Notes: generated from the sequence alone by a model not told the origin. A DNA stretch of 64,000 nucleotides from Ptychomitrium polyphyllum (GCA_973851085.1 OZ316775.1:17236001-17300000); one strand, 5' to 3'. Numbered from the stretch's first letter, positions 1 to 13,300 are shown. Made by a program: numbers and translations.

Positions 1-1464
1 TTGCAACAAAACATCACATAGTGCTTGTGAACAAAAAACATCCCACACCTGTTGAAATTATTAATGGATAATTTCTTGCATCTAGCAATGAAATTAAAAA
101 AACTTAATCCTTGGAGGTTGTTTTATGAGACCAAGCATCTAAGATTGTATTCAACATCATTCAATGCCAAAAAACTCCTATTGTCTTGGACCTTCATTGG
201 TTTGAATTACATAATCTAAACATTAATTTGCACTTACAAAGTATGGACTCAAGAAAAAGATGTCTAAATACAAGAAAAATTGAACCATCATTAATGGAAC
301 TAAGATATTCATAGAGCGGCAAAGCATAAACTAATATATGCCATTTATGCTACACCAATGTCTAGTTGTACATTAGAGGCTAATTAGGGTATGCTTCATC
401 AATATCAAGATTATAAAGATGTTTTTGAAAAGAAGAATGTACACATATTACCAAAGCATCGGCCTTACAATTGTGCCATTGATTTGCTAGAAGGAGCCCA
501 ACCATCTTTTGGACCTATCTATTATCTATTGCAAACCGAGTTAATTACTTTGAAAGAATATATTGATGAAAACTTCAAAAAGGGCTTCATCCAACATTCT
601 AAATCACCTACTAGAGCATCCATTTTATTTATAAAGAAGAAAGATGGATCATTACGTATGTGCATGAACTACCAAGGCCTCAATAAAGTAACTTAGAAGA
701 ATTGCTAACCATTACTATTAATCTCAGGACTCTAACAACAACTTGGCCAAGTAAAAATATTCACCAAAATTGATCTTAGGAAAATTTACAATCTTGTACG
801 CATCAAACAAGGAGGCAAATGGAAGATAGCCTTTCAATTTAGATATGGCCATTTTGAATACAATGTTATGCCTTTTGGCCTTACTAATGTCCCTGCAGTC
901 TTCCAACACATGATAAATGATATCTCCCATGAACACTTGGATGGTTTTGTAGTCATTTACTTGGATGACATTTTGATATATTCAAAGGATGAAGAAGACC
1001 ACAAATGTTATGTGCAACTGGTCTTAGAAAAATTACGCTAACGAGGATTATATGCCAAATTGGCAAAGTATCTTTTTTATGAATCTTTGATTGAATTTTT
1101 AGATTACATCATCTTTAGAAGAGAAATCCATATAGATGGGAAGAAAATAAGGACTAGTATATAGTAGAGTATACTAATATCAATTTAAGATGTTCAATGA
1201 TTCTTAGGATTTGCAAATTTCTAGAGAATATTCATCAAAGATTATTCCAAGAATACAACACCATTTATGTGACTTACAAAGAAACAAAAATTCACTTTGA
1301 ATGAAGAGGCAAAGCAGGCATTTTATTGTTTTAAGAAGACATTTAAATTGGCTCCAATCTTTATTCATTCAAATCCATCAAAGCCTTTATATTTGAAAGC
1401 AGATGCCTCAGATTCTACGCTTGGCTTAAGATTCTCACAATAGAATGAAGATGGAAGACCCCAT
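1..1464 (+). mobile_element. Ty3/gypsy family A pol fragment (end of protease region, RT, start of RNase H), degenerate; runs off the window start and is cut at 1465
   Basis: ORF 391-696 (ILPKHRPYNCAIDL...KKKDGSLRMCMNYQGLNKVT). Downstream frames give [26 protein letters not shown] and LYLKADASD, with many stops. Clearly homologous to the reverse complement of about 6980-8450. Confidence 0.9.
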
Positions 1465-3074
1465 TGTGAAGATAAATTAATCCTTGCTATATTAAAGGCC
1501 AATTTGATTCTCACAATTCTACTTAGATTATGATTATCTAAATTGCGTTATAATCCAAGGTCAAATTTAATTAAATTAGAATCAAATTCATAAATGTTCA
1601 AGTCTTCTCATACATTAGTGAATATCTAACTAGAAGTGTAATAAAATAGCTATGTGCTAAATTCCTCTTGTTTACTACAACTCTAATGACTTAATATTTT
1701 AGAAGGCTTTACTCAGTTTATTGGCCCTAATTTAAGAAGGTTATTTTCCGTTATTTAGTGATCCAAAGTACTATCCACCAAACTATTATTCTATTCAACC
1801 TCACAACATTTTCCGCTTAAAGCAACAAGATCTCTTCACACCAAATCGGATGCCTCGGGCGCTTCACAGATTCAAATCTTATAATCTTGATGTTTATAGA
1901 ACCGCAACTACTTGATCTAACTTAATCCAAAATTTCAAAACTTCTTCTTCAAAGAAAAAAGAGAAAACAACCAAAACCTAAAGGCAAGTTTTAACCCCAA
2001 GTAGGCGCAATGAAATTGCCGATTGTAGACCTTGTCGCACCACATTAGCCACCACCCACGCTTTATAGTTTCAAACCTTGAGATTATCATGTGTATAGAA
2101 TCTTCACAATTTGATCTATCCTCTCCAAATTTCTTGCTCTGTTTGAAATTGTATGCGTGATTATTTGCACCTCCAAAGTCGAGTATCTTGAGCTGCAATC
2201 ACAACCAACTTCCTTCTACAAAAAACGCCGCCACCACCTTGTCTCTTATTAAAATTGGGCGACCTTTAGCTTGTTGGAATCTTTACTTCTTCTCCCTCCT
2301 TCCTACAAATACCCACTATCATAACTATTGATGTTTATTTGCAATTTTCTGTCAAAGTGTCGGCATTCCCCACTTTCACCCTCACTCTCTTCTCCTACTT
2401 TTCTCCTCCTTCTTCGACGGCCACCTTTGTATATCTTTGCATTGTACCCTAACTTTTGTATAACCCTAAATTCCAACATCTAATTTTAAACTAAACTATT
2501 TTATTTCAATGACAAGGTGGGCTCCTAACCAACCTCAACTATTTCTAACTCCTTGTACTTACTTGGATGGTCATACTAACTTAACTTATGTTCCAACCTA
2601 CTTACAATTGAATTCAATCAACTCATTTAAGATTCCACTAACTAAATACTAACTTGTAACTAAATTTTTGTAGCTTATTATTGACTTGGTTCTAACTACT
2701 TGCAATATTTTTTCTCTTTGATTTTTGTACCTTGTTTGCACTTGATTGTAGCAAGTATTCTTTAGTTCTTTTAGTTGTAAGAAATTTTTCTAGGACCACC
2801 TTGTTCAACTTCCTAATCTAACCATAACCCTTAGTGATTTATCATTCTAAGAAACTAATTAAGTCTAATCACTAATTCATTTCTTTGTCATAAATAGTAG
2901 CTTCCATGATTTTTTGATATTTTTCATGGACCTAACTAGTCTAACCACCTTTAAGCTTAATTAGTCACAACAATGATTCTAATTTGTACTATTTTAAGTC
3001 TATTTCCTAGTAATAAATGCTAATAGTTATCAATTAGTACAAATGGACCAATTAAGCCGATTTTTTAGCTTATA
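1465..3074. repeat. Probable LTR (about 1.6 kb) of an unidentified retroelement inserted into the family A pol
   Basis: Starts TGTGAAG exactly where pol homology stops. Its end (AGCCGATTTTTTAGCTTATA) resembles the end of the 15266-16766 segment (AGCTGATTTTATAGCTCACA). Followed by a PBS-like TGGCAACCATCTGGGAC at 3077. No TSD found. Confidence 0.45.
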
Positions 3075-3459
3075 TATGGCAACCATCTGGGACAACTCAA
3101 AGAAGCAGAGAACCCAACTAATGTCTCGAACTGATGAATAGCTATTGGTGACACAGTTGTTACTATGCATGGAATTTCTATAATAATTAAAAACACAAGC
3201 TAGACACTGGTGGAGGAAATAGAGAGGAAATAAACTATAAGAATCAAATGCAGAAAGAAAATTGACATTGTAGAACTATAGAGCTATTGGTTGATATGAA
3301 AATTCTATATAAAAAAAAGTTAGTAAGAAGCTAAAGCAACCAACATATCCTTAGTTGGCATCAACTGGTCATTTCCCTACTCAACCACTAGCTCATCAAA
3401 ATAACACATTATTTAATGGAATTTGAATCTAAGTCACATCACTCGCAACCATTCTATTG

Positions 3460-3856
3460 ACCAATGTCCAACCTTCTGGAAGATGTCTACATTATGAAGA
3501 ATTGAAAGAAAATGACATCAGTGGTTTACACAAAATGAGGTCTAAAGTGAAATTAAATATTAAATCTAGTTCAGAGCAAGTTTCAATGATTAGTGGACCT
3601 TATGCTGAAACTGTAAGACTTTCCAAACCTAGATCCTTATATTTTTCTTTATATTGAATTACCATGGAAGAATTTAACTTGTTATGTAAATTATTCCTTG
3701 CATCGATAGCCAGCAGGCCCCTTGGAAAAAAATCTTTGTTAAGGATCTCCAACTGCAGTGAGTTGTTTGAAAATACCTTCTTCACCAAGTAGGGACCTAA
3801 TTAGAGGGAATCATACTTTTCTAGGAACTCTAGTCTTTTGGCATCTTGTAGATAAA
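3460..3856 (-). mobile_element. Integrase C-terminal part of Ty3/gypsy family B (continuation of 10320-15190)
   Basis: Removing the 3862-10319 insertion restores the frame GMLVYLQDAKRLEFLEKYDSL*LGPYLVKKVFSNNSLQL (GPY/F motif). Left boundary approximate. Confidence 0.8.
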
Positions 3857-3861
3857 CAAAC

Positions 3862-4474
3862 TATTAAGGACACAAGAAACAAGAAGTAAAAATGAAGTAT
3901 TTCCCAAGAATTAGCTTCCAAAGAGCTAATGATTAACAAGAATTTGATACAAAGACTAAAATAAAGCAAGATTCAAGGTGATCCACAACTTGTGTTGGCA
4001 AGACTAAAGAATACCTTATCTTGCCTCCTATTTATACTTTGACGTTTGAGTCTCCTAAGATACTTCTAAAAAAGCTTCCTACAAGACTTAAGTATGTTTT
4101 AGAAGTCTACGGAACCTTTTGAAGATGTTTTCTAAGATGTTGGAACCTACCTAAGAAGCTTCCAAGGAGTTGGAACCTTCCTTGGAAATTCCCTAAGGTA
4201 GCGAAACCTTCTTAGGAAGTTTCCTAAAGAGGTAGAACCTTCCTAGGAAGTTTCTTAAGGTGCTGGGCTCTTTGTAGGAAGTTTCCTAAGAAGTTACCTA
4301 AAATGATAGAACCTTCCTAGGAAATTTTATAAGTTGGAGGAATTTCCAAGGAAGCTTCCTAAAAACATGGAAAATCTCTAGAGACATTTAAAAGTATTCT
4401 AAGAAGCTATTATAGTATATTAGAAGATTCTAGAATGTTCTAAGGACTATGTTGCATAATCTATGTTCGTGACA
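3862..4474 (-). repeat. 3' LTR of family A element (613 bp)
   Basis: Direct repeat of 9780-10319. Minus-strand termini TGTCAC...TTAATA (CA mutated to TA in this copy only). Contains an array of GAACCTTCCTAGGAAGTTTC-type units. Confidence 0.93.
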
Positions 4475-5129
4475 TCACCTCTCCATTTAGCGACGAGTTC
4501 CATGAAGAACTCTTTTCTTGGCTTGCTTGTCACATTTCTACAAATTCCGAAATTTGTCAAAAGAGTGAAGCAACATACTTAGCTCGTTGTTATTTGTACA
4601 CTAGTTCAATTGGTCCTTGCAAGAAATGCTGATGACCACCAGCCAAGACTTTTGTTGTTGAAATGTCCCATTTCAAGATTTAATCTTAATTAAGTCCTTC
4701 AAGATATCCTCCAAACAAGATTTTGGATCCTCTCGGAGTGACTCTTCCAATTTTTAACAAGATGACTAGAGCACAAGCATCTGAATCAAAATTTGGATGT
4801 GAAAGGTGACTAGTCAATATTTTTGCATGAGGTCATACTCAACGTTGGAATGTCCTTTTCATATCTTGGCTTAGATCCTCCGTTACCAAGGGCTGAGAAA
4901 GTTGAATTGGCTCAACAGATGCTGTTGTTGATGAAGGCATGGCCGACTACTCTTCAAGCATATACATGATAATACAAAGATTTGCCATCCTAGCTGGGAT
5001 CTAAAAATGATCTATTTTGGAATTAATGCTGCATACAATTGGAGGTTTGGATATCTCTCCATCCTTCTTATACTTGTTTATGAAGGAAAATCTTCTTTGT
5101 GAAGCTAACGGCTACAGATGACACGTCAT

Positions 5130-8100
5130 CACTGACCTAGTTTTTGAGGATATCTTTGATGAAATTCGCGTACCTTCTCGGATGCATTTGTTACATTCGT
5201 TCAAGGTTCCCATGTTTGGATATTGATGCCATATCCTTGCCAATGTATAAGGTACTCCACATGTCCGTTCTTGATGCGTGAATCTAAGATCTCTTCCACT
5301 TCATATTCAATTTCATTATTGATTTCCAACGGAAGAGGCGAAGGGACAATTTTTTCTGGTATACATGATTTGTTATAGGTTTCCAACAACAATATGTGGA
5401 ATATCGGATGAATTTGCATGCTTGGTGGTAGCTTTAAGCAATAACTAACCGGATTTATCTGTTTGCTGATTTCAAATGGTCCCAGCCTTTGATAGTCCTA
5501 CTTCTTTGATGGTCTTTTTGTTTGTATATTTTGTCGTAGGAGCCATACGCTATCTCCAACCTTAAACTTTGGATTGTCTATTCTATAGCAATCTGCATAA
5601 ATTTTGTAATAATCTTGAGCTTATTGTAACTGGAAGGTAATTTCAAAATGGAATTTAGCAAGTTGAATTACAAAATCCTCTACTGCAGGACTTCCAACAT
5701 ACTTCACTTGAAATAGATCTGCTTGAGGATGATGGCCATAGTTTGCAAAGAATGGACTTTGAGTTGTTCAAGAATGCACCGTATTGTTGTAAGCAAAAAT
5801 TGCCAAAGGCAAGAGATCCATCCAGTTGTCTTGCTGGTAGTTTATGCTACAACAAAGGTACTGCTCCAAAATTTGATTCACACGTTCGGTTTGGCCATCA
5901 GTTTACAGATGGTGTGCTAAAGAAAGATTGATCTTTACACGCAACATCTAGAATAGAGCCCTCCAAAAGTTGGAAATGAATTGCGGCCCCCGATCGGATA
6001 CAATATCATCTGGTAGTCCATGTATGCAGTAGAAGTGATTTCGGAACAACTTGGCAGTTTTTTTCTTGTTACTGTCTTGTTGCATGGAATGAAATGTGCC
6101 ATTTTGATAAATCAATCCACCACTACCAAAATAGAATCCTTAGAATCAGAGTTTGGAAGGTTCATAATAAAACACATTGATGAAGACAACCATGGGCTGT
6201 TTAGCACTAGAAGCAAATGGAGGATACCATGAGGTTGGTGCCTTGGTACCTTGGCTCTTGCACAAGTGTCACATGATCGAACAAAGTCCTTCACGTACTT
6301 CCACATTTGTGGCCACCAATAGTTTCTAGCAATCAATTCCATTGTCTAATTGAATCCAAAATGTCTTGCTGCTGGAAAATCATGACGTGCTTGAAGGATC
6401 TTCAACCGCAAAGGGCCTGGAGGTAGGTACAAAAGTCCTTTATAATAAAGTAGGCCCTCTTGGGATTCAAAGTCATCATCGCTATTTGAAGGATCGCCAT
6501 TGTCTTTGAGGCGCTTCTTTATATTTGAAACAAACACATCATTCTTCAAAGCCTTCTGAATTTTGTCACAATGGGATGTTGTTGTAATAATTGCTGCTTT
6601 CAATTAAAGATTCTCTGGCTTCAATAAAATAATCCTTTGTTGATCCAAAATATCATCTCGAGGTTGAGGAGCTAAATAAAATCTTTGAGATAAGGCATCT
6701 GGCTTACTTTGTAAGCTACCAGCTCGATAGGTAATGACAAAGTCAAATCTAGAAAGCGACATACTCCACCTTGCTTGACGGCGATTCAAAATGCGCGCAC
6801 TTATGAAATACTCCAAGTTCTTATAGTTTATGTGTATTGTGATGGTATGTTGAGCTTCTTCCAACAAGTGTCATTATTCCTCAAATGCATCCACAATTGC
6901 AAGTAACTCCTTATTGTGTATATGTTAGTTGATCTCTGCCGCTGAGAACTTCCTTGAACAAAAGGCAAGAGGGTGAAGTGTCCCGTCTTCATCATATTGT
7001 AAGAATACTGAGCCAAGCGCAAAATCTAAGGCATCCGCTTCCAAATAGAAAGGCTTTGATGGATTTGGATGAATAAGGATGGAAGCCGATGTGAATGACT
7101 TCTTAAGACTTTGAAATGCTTTTTCCGCCTCTTCATCCCAAATGAATTTTTGATTCCCCGTAAGACGTGTTAATGGTGCCACAATCTTGGAATAGTTCTT
7201 GAGGAATATTCTGTAGAAGTTTGCAAATCCCAAGAAGCATTGAACATCTTGAATTGATCTTGGCATACTCCATTCCATGACAATGCTTATTTTTTTCTTA
7301 TCCATATGGATTCCTTCTTTAAAAATGATGTAGCCTAAAAATTCAACCAAGGATTCAATGAAAAGGCACTTCTCCAATTTGGCATATAATCCTCGCTGGC
7401 GTAGTTTTTCTAAGACCAGTCGCATATGACATTTGTGGTCTTGTTCATCCTTTGAATATATCAAAATGCCATCTAAATAGATGACTACAAAATCGTCCAA
7501 ATGTTCATGGAAGATATCATTCATCATATGTTGGAAGACTGCAAAGGCATTAATAAGGCCAAAAGGCATGACATTGTATTCAAAATGACCATGCCTAAAT
7601 CAAAAAGCTGTCTTCCATTTGTCTCCTTCTTTGATGCGTACAAGATTGTAGGCTCTTCTAAAATCAATTTTTGTGAATATCTTTGCTTGACCAAGTTGTT
7701 GTAGGATTCTTGAAAATAATGGTAATGGATAGCGATTCTTTTTTGTTACTTTATTGAGGCCTTGATAGTCCACGCACATATGTAATGATCCATCCTTCTT
7801 CTTTACAAATAGAATGGGTTCTTTAGCTGGTAATTTAGAGTGTTGAATGAAACTCTTTTTTAGGTTTTCATCAATATATTCTCTCAAAGCAAAGAATTTA
7901 GTTTGTGATAAATTATAAATAGGTCCAAAAGGTGGTTGGGCTCTTTCTTGCAATCCAATGGTATACTTATAAGGTCGGTGCTTTGATAACATGTCCGCAT
8001 TCTGATTTTCATAAACGTCTTTATAACTTTGATATTGACGAGGTATGTTTAAATTAGTCTTTATTATAGAGCTTGATATTGACATGGCATAAATGGCTTA

Positions 8101-9543
8101 GATTGGTTCATCCTTTGCCGCTCTCATGAATGCCTTAGTTCCAATAAATGACGGTCCAAGATTTCTTGTACCTTGACGTCTTTTCTTTGAGACCACACTT
8201 TGTAAGCGCCAATCAATGTCCGGATTATGTAATTCAAACCAAGGAAGGATAAAAACAATAGGATTTTTTTGGCATTTAATGATGTTGAAGACAATTTTAC
8301 ATGCTTGGTCTCATCAAACAACCTCCAAGAGTTGAGTTTCTTCAATAATGTTGCCAGACGTAAGAGATCGTCCATCAATAACTTCAATGGGTGCGGGATA
8401 TTTTTTGTTCACAAGAACCATGTGATGTTTGGTTGCAAAATCTTTATACATAAAACATGTTGTTGCACTAGTGTCTAAAAAAGCCTCACTAATTATTTCA
8501 TCATCTAACAATTTAATTTTGATAGGAAATGTAAAACAAGAGGTAGGGCTTGAAGGTAGTAAGAGACCTTGATTTGATGGTCGTTTCCTTATGGTATCCA
8601 ATTGCATGGTTTCTACTGTAACTGGACAACCTTGTTTTCCAACTCCACCATTGTGCTTTGACCTTTAAAGGCAGATCCTTTGATTTGGCAATCGCGTACT
8701 TTATGTCCAGACTTGCTACAATACAAACATGGATTTCTACTTCGACACCTTTCTTTTTCTTTTGGAATCAAACTTCTAAATTGGCCAGCATCAATTTGCA
8801 TAGGTTTTATTCCTTGTGGTCGGCTTTTCAAAACTCTTGAAAAAGTGGTCGCCATGCTTTGATGTACTAGTCGCCATTCCAAGCGTTGTTCTTGGCGCCT
8901 CTCAAATAGTCTATTGTCATTGGAATTGTGTGACTAAGGCTTTATCATTCCAATCAAGGTCGCAAACTAGGTTTTATTACTTTGCAGCATATGTAGTAGC
9001 TCAGCGTTGTTTTGTTTGTAGACTTTGGATTCTAGTTTCAACCACCCTTTCTTGGTTGGTGTGTATAAAAGTAGATGTCAATGCTTTTTTGAAAGAATTT
9101 AAGTTGTTCAATAGTGATGATTGCTTCTCCATTTGTATTGCAAACCACGGTAGTGTATTGTTTGTTTAAAGAGTGGCCACAAATTCTACTTGAGTTGTGC
9201 CATTAGGATAGAAAAATTGATGCAAACTAAGGAAGAGCCTTACTTGTTGAACAAAGCCTCTCAATTTTGATCATGATCCATCGAACTTGTCTGGCATGCT
9301 AATTTTTAGCTCTGCATGGATTTTACGTAAGCCTTCCCTTCCAATACTACTCTCTTGCAATCAAACAACCTCTTGATATAAGCTTTGAATATCACCATTG
9401 GATTCTTCAGCTTGCCAAGTGTGTTGCTCCAAATTGTTGGTGGTATTAATACGGGCGAGTTCCAATCGAACTATATTTAATAGCTTTTGAAGGTCTGCAA
9501 TAATTGCAAACCTATTTTTTGATATTCCAAGCATGTTATCCAT
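5130..9543 (-). pseudogene. gag-pol of family A element, broken by stops and frameshifts
   Basis: ORF pieces 9361-9543 and 8613-8882 (gag), 8314-8607 (protease), 7600-8085 and 6925-7569 (RT), 6604-6867 (RNase H), 6112-6603 (integrase zinc finger), 5201-5419 (chromodomain). Confidence 0.9.
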
Positions 9544-9779
9544 TTCTTAAAAATTGGCAAAGACAAGAAGACTATGAGTACCTTCAAAGGAGGAAAACCA
9601 CGTCCTTTGAAAGAAGTAATACTTAGTTCTAGAAGGAGAAACCAACTCTATGGTGCCAGCTTAGAGGAGGGTAATCCGCAACCTCTAAGACGCTATGGAA
9701 TCTTAAAGAGGATGGGTAATCCACAATCTTCTTTGAAGAACCTTAGCTCTGATAAAGATGAAAAGTTGTGTTGCCAAAT

Positions 9780-10319
9780 TGTTAAGGACACAAGAAACAA
9801 GAAGCAAAAACAAAGTGTTTCCCAAGAATTAGCTTCCAAAGAGCTAATGATTAACAAGAACTTGATACAAAGACTAGAACAAGGCAGGATTCAAGGTGAT
9901 CCACAACTTGTGTTGGCAAGACTAAGGAATATCTTATCTTGCCTCCTATTTATACTATGACATTTATATTTCTTAGGATACTTTTAAAGAAGCTTCTTAC
10001 AAGGCTTAAGAATATTTTGGAAGTCTAGGGAACCTTCCAAAGAAGTTCCTTAAGATGTTGGAACCTTCCTAAGAAGCTTCCAAGGAGTTGGAACCTTTGT
10101 TGGAAGTTTCTTAAGATGATGGAACCTTTGTTGGAAGTTTCCTAAGATGATAGAACCTTCTTAGGGAGTTTCATAAGGTGGAAGAACTTTCCTAGGAAGC
10201 TTCTTAAGTACATGCAAAGGCTATGGAGACATTTAAAAGTATTCTAAGAAGCAATTATAGTATATTAACAGATTTTAGAGTGTTCTAAGGACTATGTTGT
10301 ATGATCTATGTCCGTGACA
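9780..10319 (-). repeat. 5' LTR of family A element (540 bp)
   Basis: TG...CA termini. TATAAATA on the minus strand at 9954-9947. Fewer internal tandem units than the 3' LTR. Confidence 0.93.
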
Positions 10320-13300
10320 CTAACATCCCAGGGCAAAGTCTTTGAACTTTGTTCCTTCTATCAAATGCTACTTTCGTACGCCTTTGGATGGCTTCCATGT
10401 GCTAAGCACTTTGTTGTCTAGTCTCATCTAGCCCTTCCAAACGCTCCAAGCGATCTACCTAAGATTGGCTAGCAGATAAGTATTTTGTAATTAATAAGCA
10501 AAAAAAAGGAATCTCCAATTCTATAAGAAAAATGGCCTCAATGCCATAAACTAGAGAGAATAAAGTGACTTGAGTAGTGACCTTGAATGTGGTCCTATAC
10601 GCCCATAGTGCGGCGGAAAGTTTTACATCCCAATCCTTCATGGATTCTACTATTGTCTTTTTGAGGATATTTATTAAGGTTTGATTATTTCTTTCCATAA
10701 AGCCATTGGTTTGATCGTAGGAAGTGGTCTTCCAATGATTGATTCTAAATCTGGAGGTTATCACTTTAATCATTTCAATTAAGAAGTGCCTCCTTTTGTC
10801 ATTAATTAGGATCCGTGGACAATCAATGTGCATGATTACTTGTTCAAAGAAGAAATTGGTTGCATTCTTAGCATCATTGGTTCTGACCGCCTTAACCTCC
10901 GCCCACTCAATAAGGTACTCCGTGGCCACAACAATATGTTTTATCCCACTAGAAGAATTATGATGGATTTCTCCTATATAGTCAATTCTCCACTTCTCAA
11001 AGGGAACTAAAGGCAATGAGATGTGAAGGAGTAAATTCATCTTGAGGTCATTCCTTGCATACCGCTAGCATGCATCGCACTTCTTTGCATGAGCATGAGC
11101 GTCTTGAAATAAGGTGAGCCAATAATAGCCTGTCCTTAGGATTTTTTGACCAATAAATTGACCAGAAAAGTGGCCACTACAAACACTATCATGGCAAGCC
11201 ACTAAAATGTCTGGTATTTCCTGCAAACTAACATACCTCCTCAAAATACCATCTACTCTTCTCCGATATAATCTACCTTCTACCAAAGCAAAATGCCTAC
11301 TATTAATACGGACTTTTTTCCTTTCATTCTTGAATAAGGCTAAGGACATCTGCTAGGTAGCTAAGAAATTGGCAAAGTGAGTGTACCAAAGGAGACTTGT
11401 AAAAATAGTAAATAGACTCTTGGCTGGTATCTCATCATTAATGGGATGTGATGCTAGCTCTATAGACAACCTAAATAGATGGTCTGCCTGCTTACATATC
11501 TTGCCCGATTTGTATTCTACAATGTAATCAAATTAGTCTAACAACAAAATCCACCTAACAAGTTGTCCACTCAACTCTGGCTTATTTATTAAATATTTGA
11601 TGGCCATGTGATCTACAAAAAATACTAGTGGATTCATCAAGAGGTAATGGCGATACTTCTTGATAGAAAAGACCATAGCTAAGCATTCTCGCTTAGTAGT
11701 ATTGTAGTTTTTTTCCACTGTATTCAACTGCTTGCTAGTAAAAGCCACATGCAGGTCTTTATCTTTTGGGCCTATAAACTAACATAAAATACTACCAACT
11801 GCTACTATTGAGGCTTCACAACAAATCACCGCTAAGTACAACTTTTCTAGATTGAGGGCAATCCCTGCCTGCCTACAGTGCTTGAAGCTCTCACTAATTG
11901 ATCCCAAGTGTTTTCTTGCAGCAGTTTGGGTGCTAAAATCATCAATGAACACCACCATAGTTTTATATAATAAATCTGAAAAGGCATGAGTCATGGTCCT
12001 TTAGAAGCGGCTAAAGCATTGCAAAGTCCAAAAGGCATTACTACATAAATAAAAGTCCCCGACGGTGTAATAAACACAGTCTTGTGGTAATCTTCAGGTG
12101 CTATAGAGATTTGATTGTATCTAGAGTAACCATCCATAAAGATATAGAGCTTGTGACTTGCCATCTCATCCAAAATGGTATTAATAAATGGCAACAAAAA
12201 ATGATCCTTTTGGATGCACTTATTCAAGGCTCTATAATCTATATAGACCCACAATTTGTTGTTGTTCTTCTTCACTAATACCATTGGAGATATCCAATCA
12301 GAGATTTCTACTGGCTTGATGAAGCTAGCTTCTAGCCACCACTCTAATTCTACTTTAACTATCAACTGCAAATTTGGATTCACTCTCTTCTTCCTTAATC
12401 TAATAGGATTGGGCCTAGGAATCAACGGAATGGTGTGCTGAGCCACCTTGCAAAGAATTCTCCATAAATCCTTATATGACCAGGCGAAGACATCACAAAA
12501 CTCCATTACTAGGGCTCTATAATCCTCTACCTCCTTGGCTGCTAGTTGTACTCTTATTTTGATGGTCCGCAGAGATTCACCTTCAAATGCTACATATATC
12601 AACTTCCAGTCTTTTGACTTGATATGGCCGGGTTGAGTTGGGCCGCGATACCAATCACTTGGTATTGGAGGATAAGTCGCTATGTCTGAGCCCACTTTGA
12701 TGCCTACGGATGTCTTTTGAATTCTACAAGGTGGACAAAGGTCTTTTTCTTCTCCTAATACTTCCAACTCTTCAATCTGAGTGCCATCCATATGGATATG
12801 GCATATATCTTCCACAGTATGTCATCTACTAAGGTGGCTAGATCTAGATGTCCAATTGTATCTTTAGTCATCCATTTTGTCTCTATAAAGTTGGATGACC
12901 ACTCTACATCTGAGATGGGATGTTTAACTAGCCATACAGCAAACTAACCGCCATCTTGCTAGTCATACAAGCCAAGACTTAGGCATTTTAAAGGAGGTTT
13001 TTTGGTTTCAACCAAAGGTGCTAAGGTATGTAAATTGACGACATTAAAGCGCACCCTCTTTTGCACCTTGCTTCTAGCTACAGAAGTGGGCATTTCATTG
13101 TCTGAAGAATAAGCCTTGTCCAAGTTAGGATTTAAAACACTAGGCTGAATTTGGATCTTTGTAAGATTATCCGAGGGTCCATATACTATGTGGGGCTTAT
13201 CACCTCTCCAATCTACCTTTGCCTTGGCCATCCGTAACCAAGGTCGGCCTAACAAGAAAGGAAGGATTCCTTTTTGAAATACATTTTGATTACATGGAAG

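Larger units (their letters stand above)
3862..10319 (-). mobile_element. Full-length, mutated Ty3/gypsy chromovirus (family A, Tcn1/Tf1-like), nested in the family B integrase
   Basis: LTRs at 9780-10319 (5') and 3862-4474 (3'). TSD CAAAC (3857-3861) / CTAAC (10320-10324). PPT just inside 4474. Domain order gag (ATG 9543; CCHC CLYCSKSGHKVRDC), protease (FLDTSA), RT (YLDG), RNase H, integrase, chromodomain (EYEVEEILDSR...YLIHWQGYG...TWEP). Confidence 0.95.

Noticed and set aside
4090..4370. CRISPR-like look of the palindromic repeat arrays (also 31200-31500)
   Set aside because: No unique spacers; the arrays lie within LTRs in a eukaryotic context with no cas genes.
9745..9757. TTTATCAGAGC (minus), resembling the tRNA-iMet PBS, in the family A leader
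   Set aside because: It lacks the TGG needed to pair with the tRNA CCA end, lies over 20 nt from the LTR, and is less similar in the second copy; self-priming fits better.
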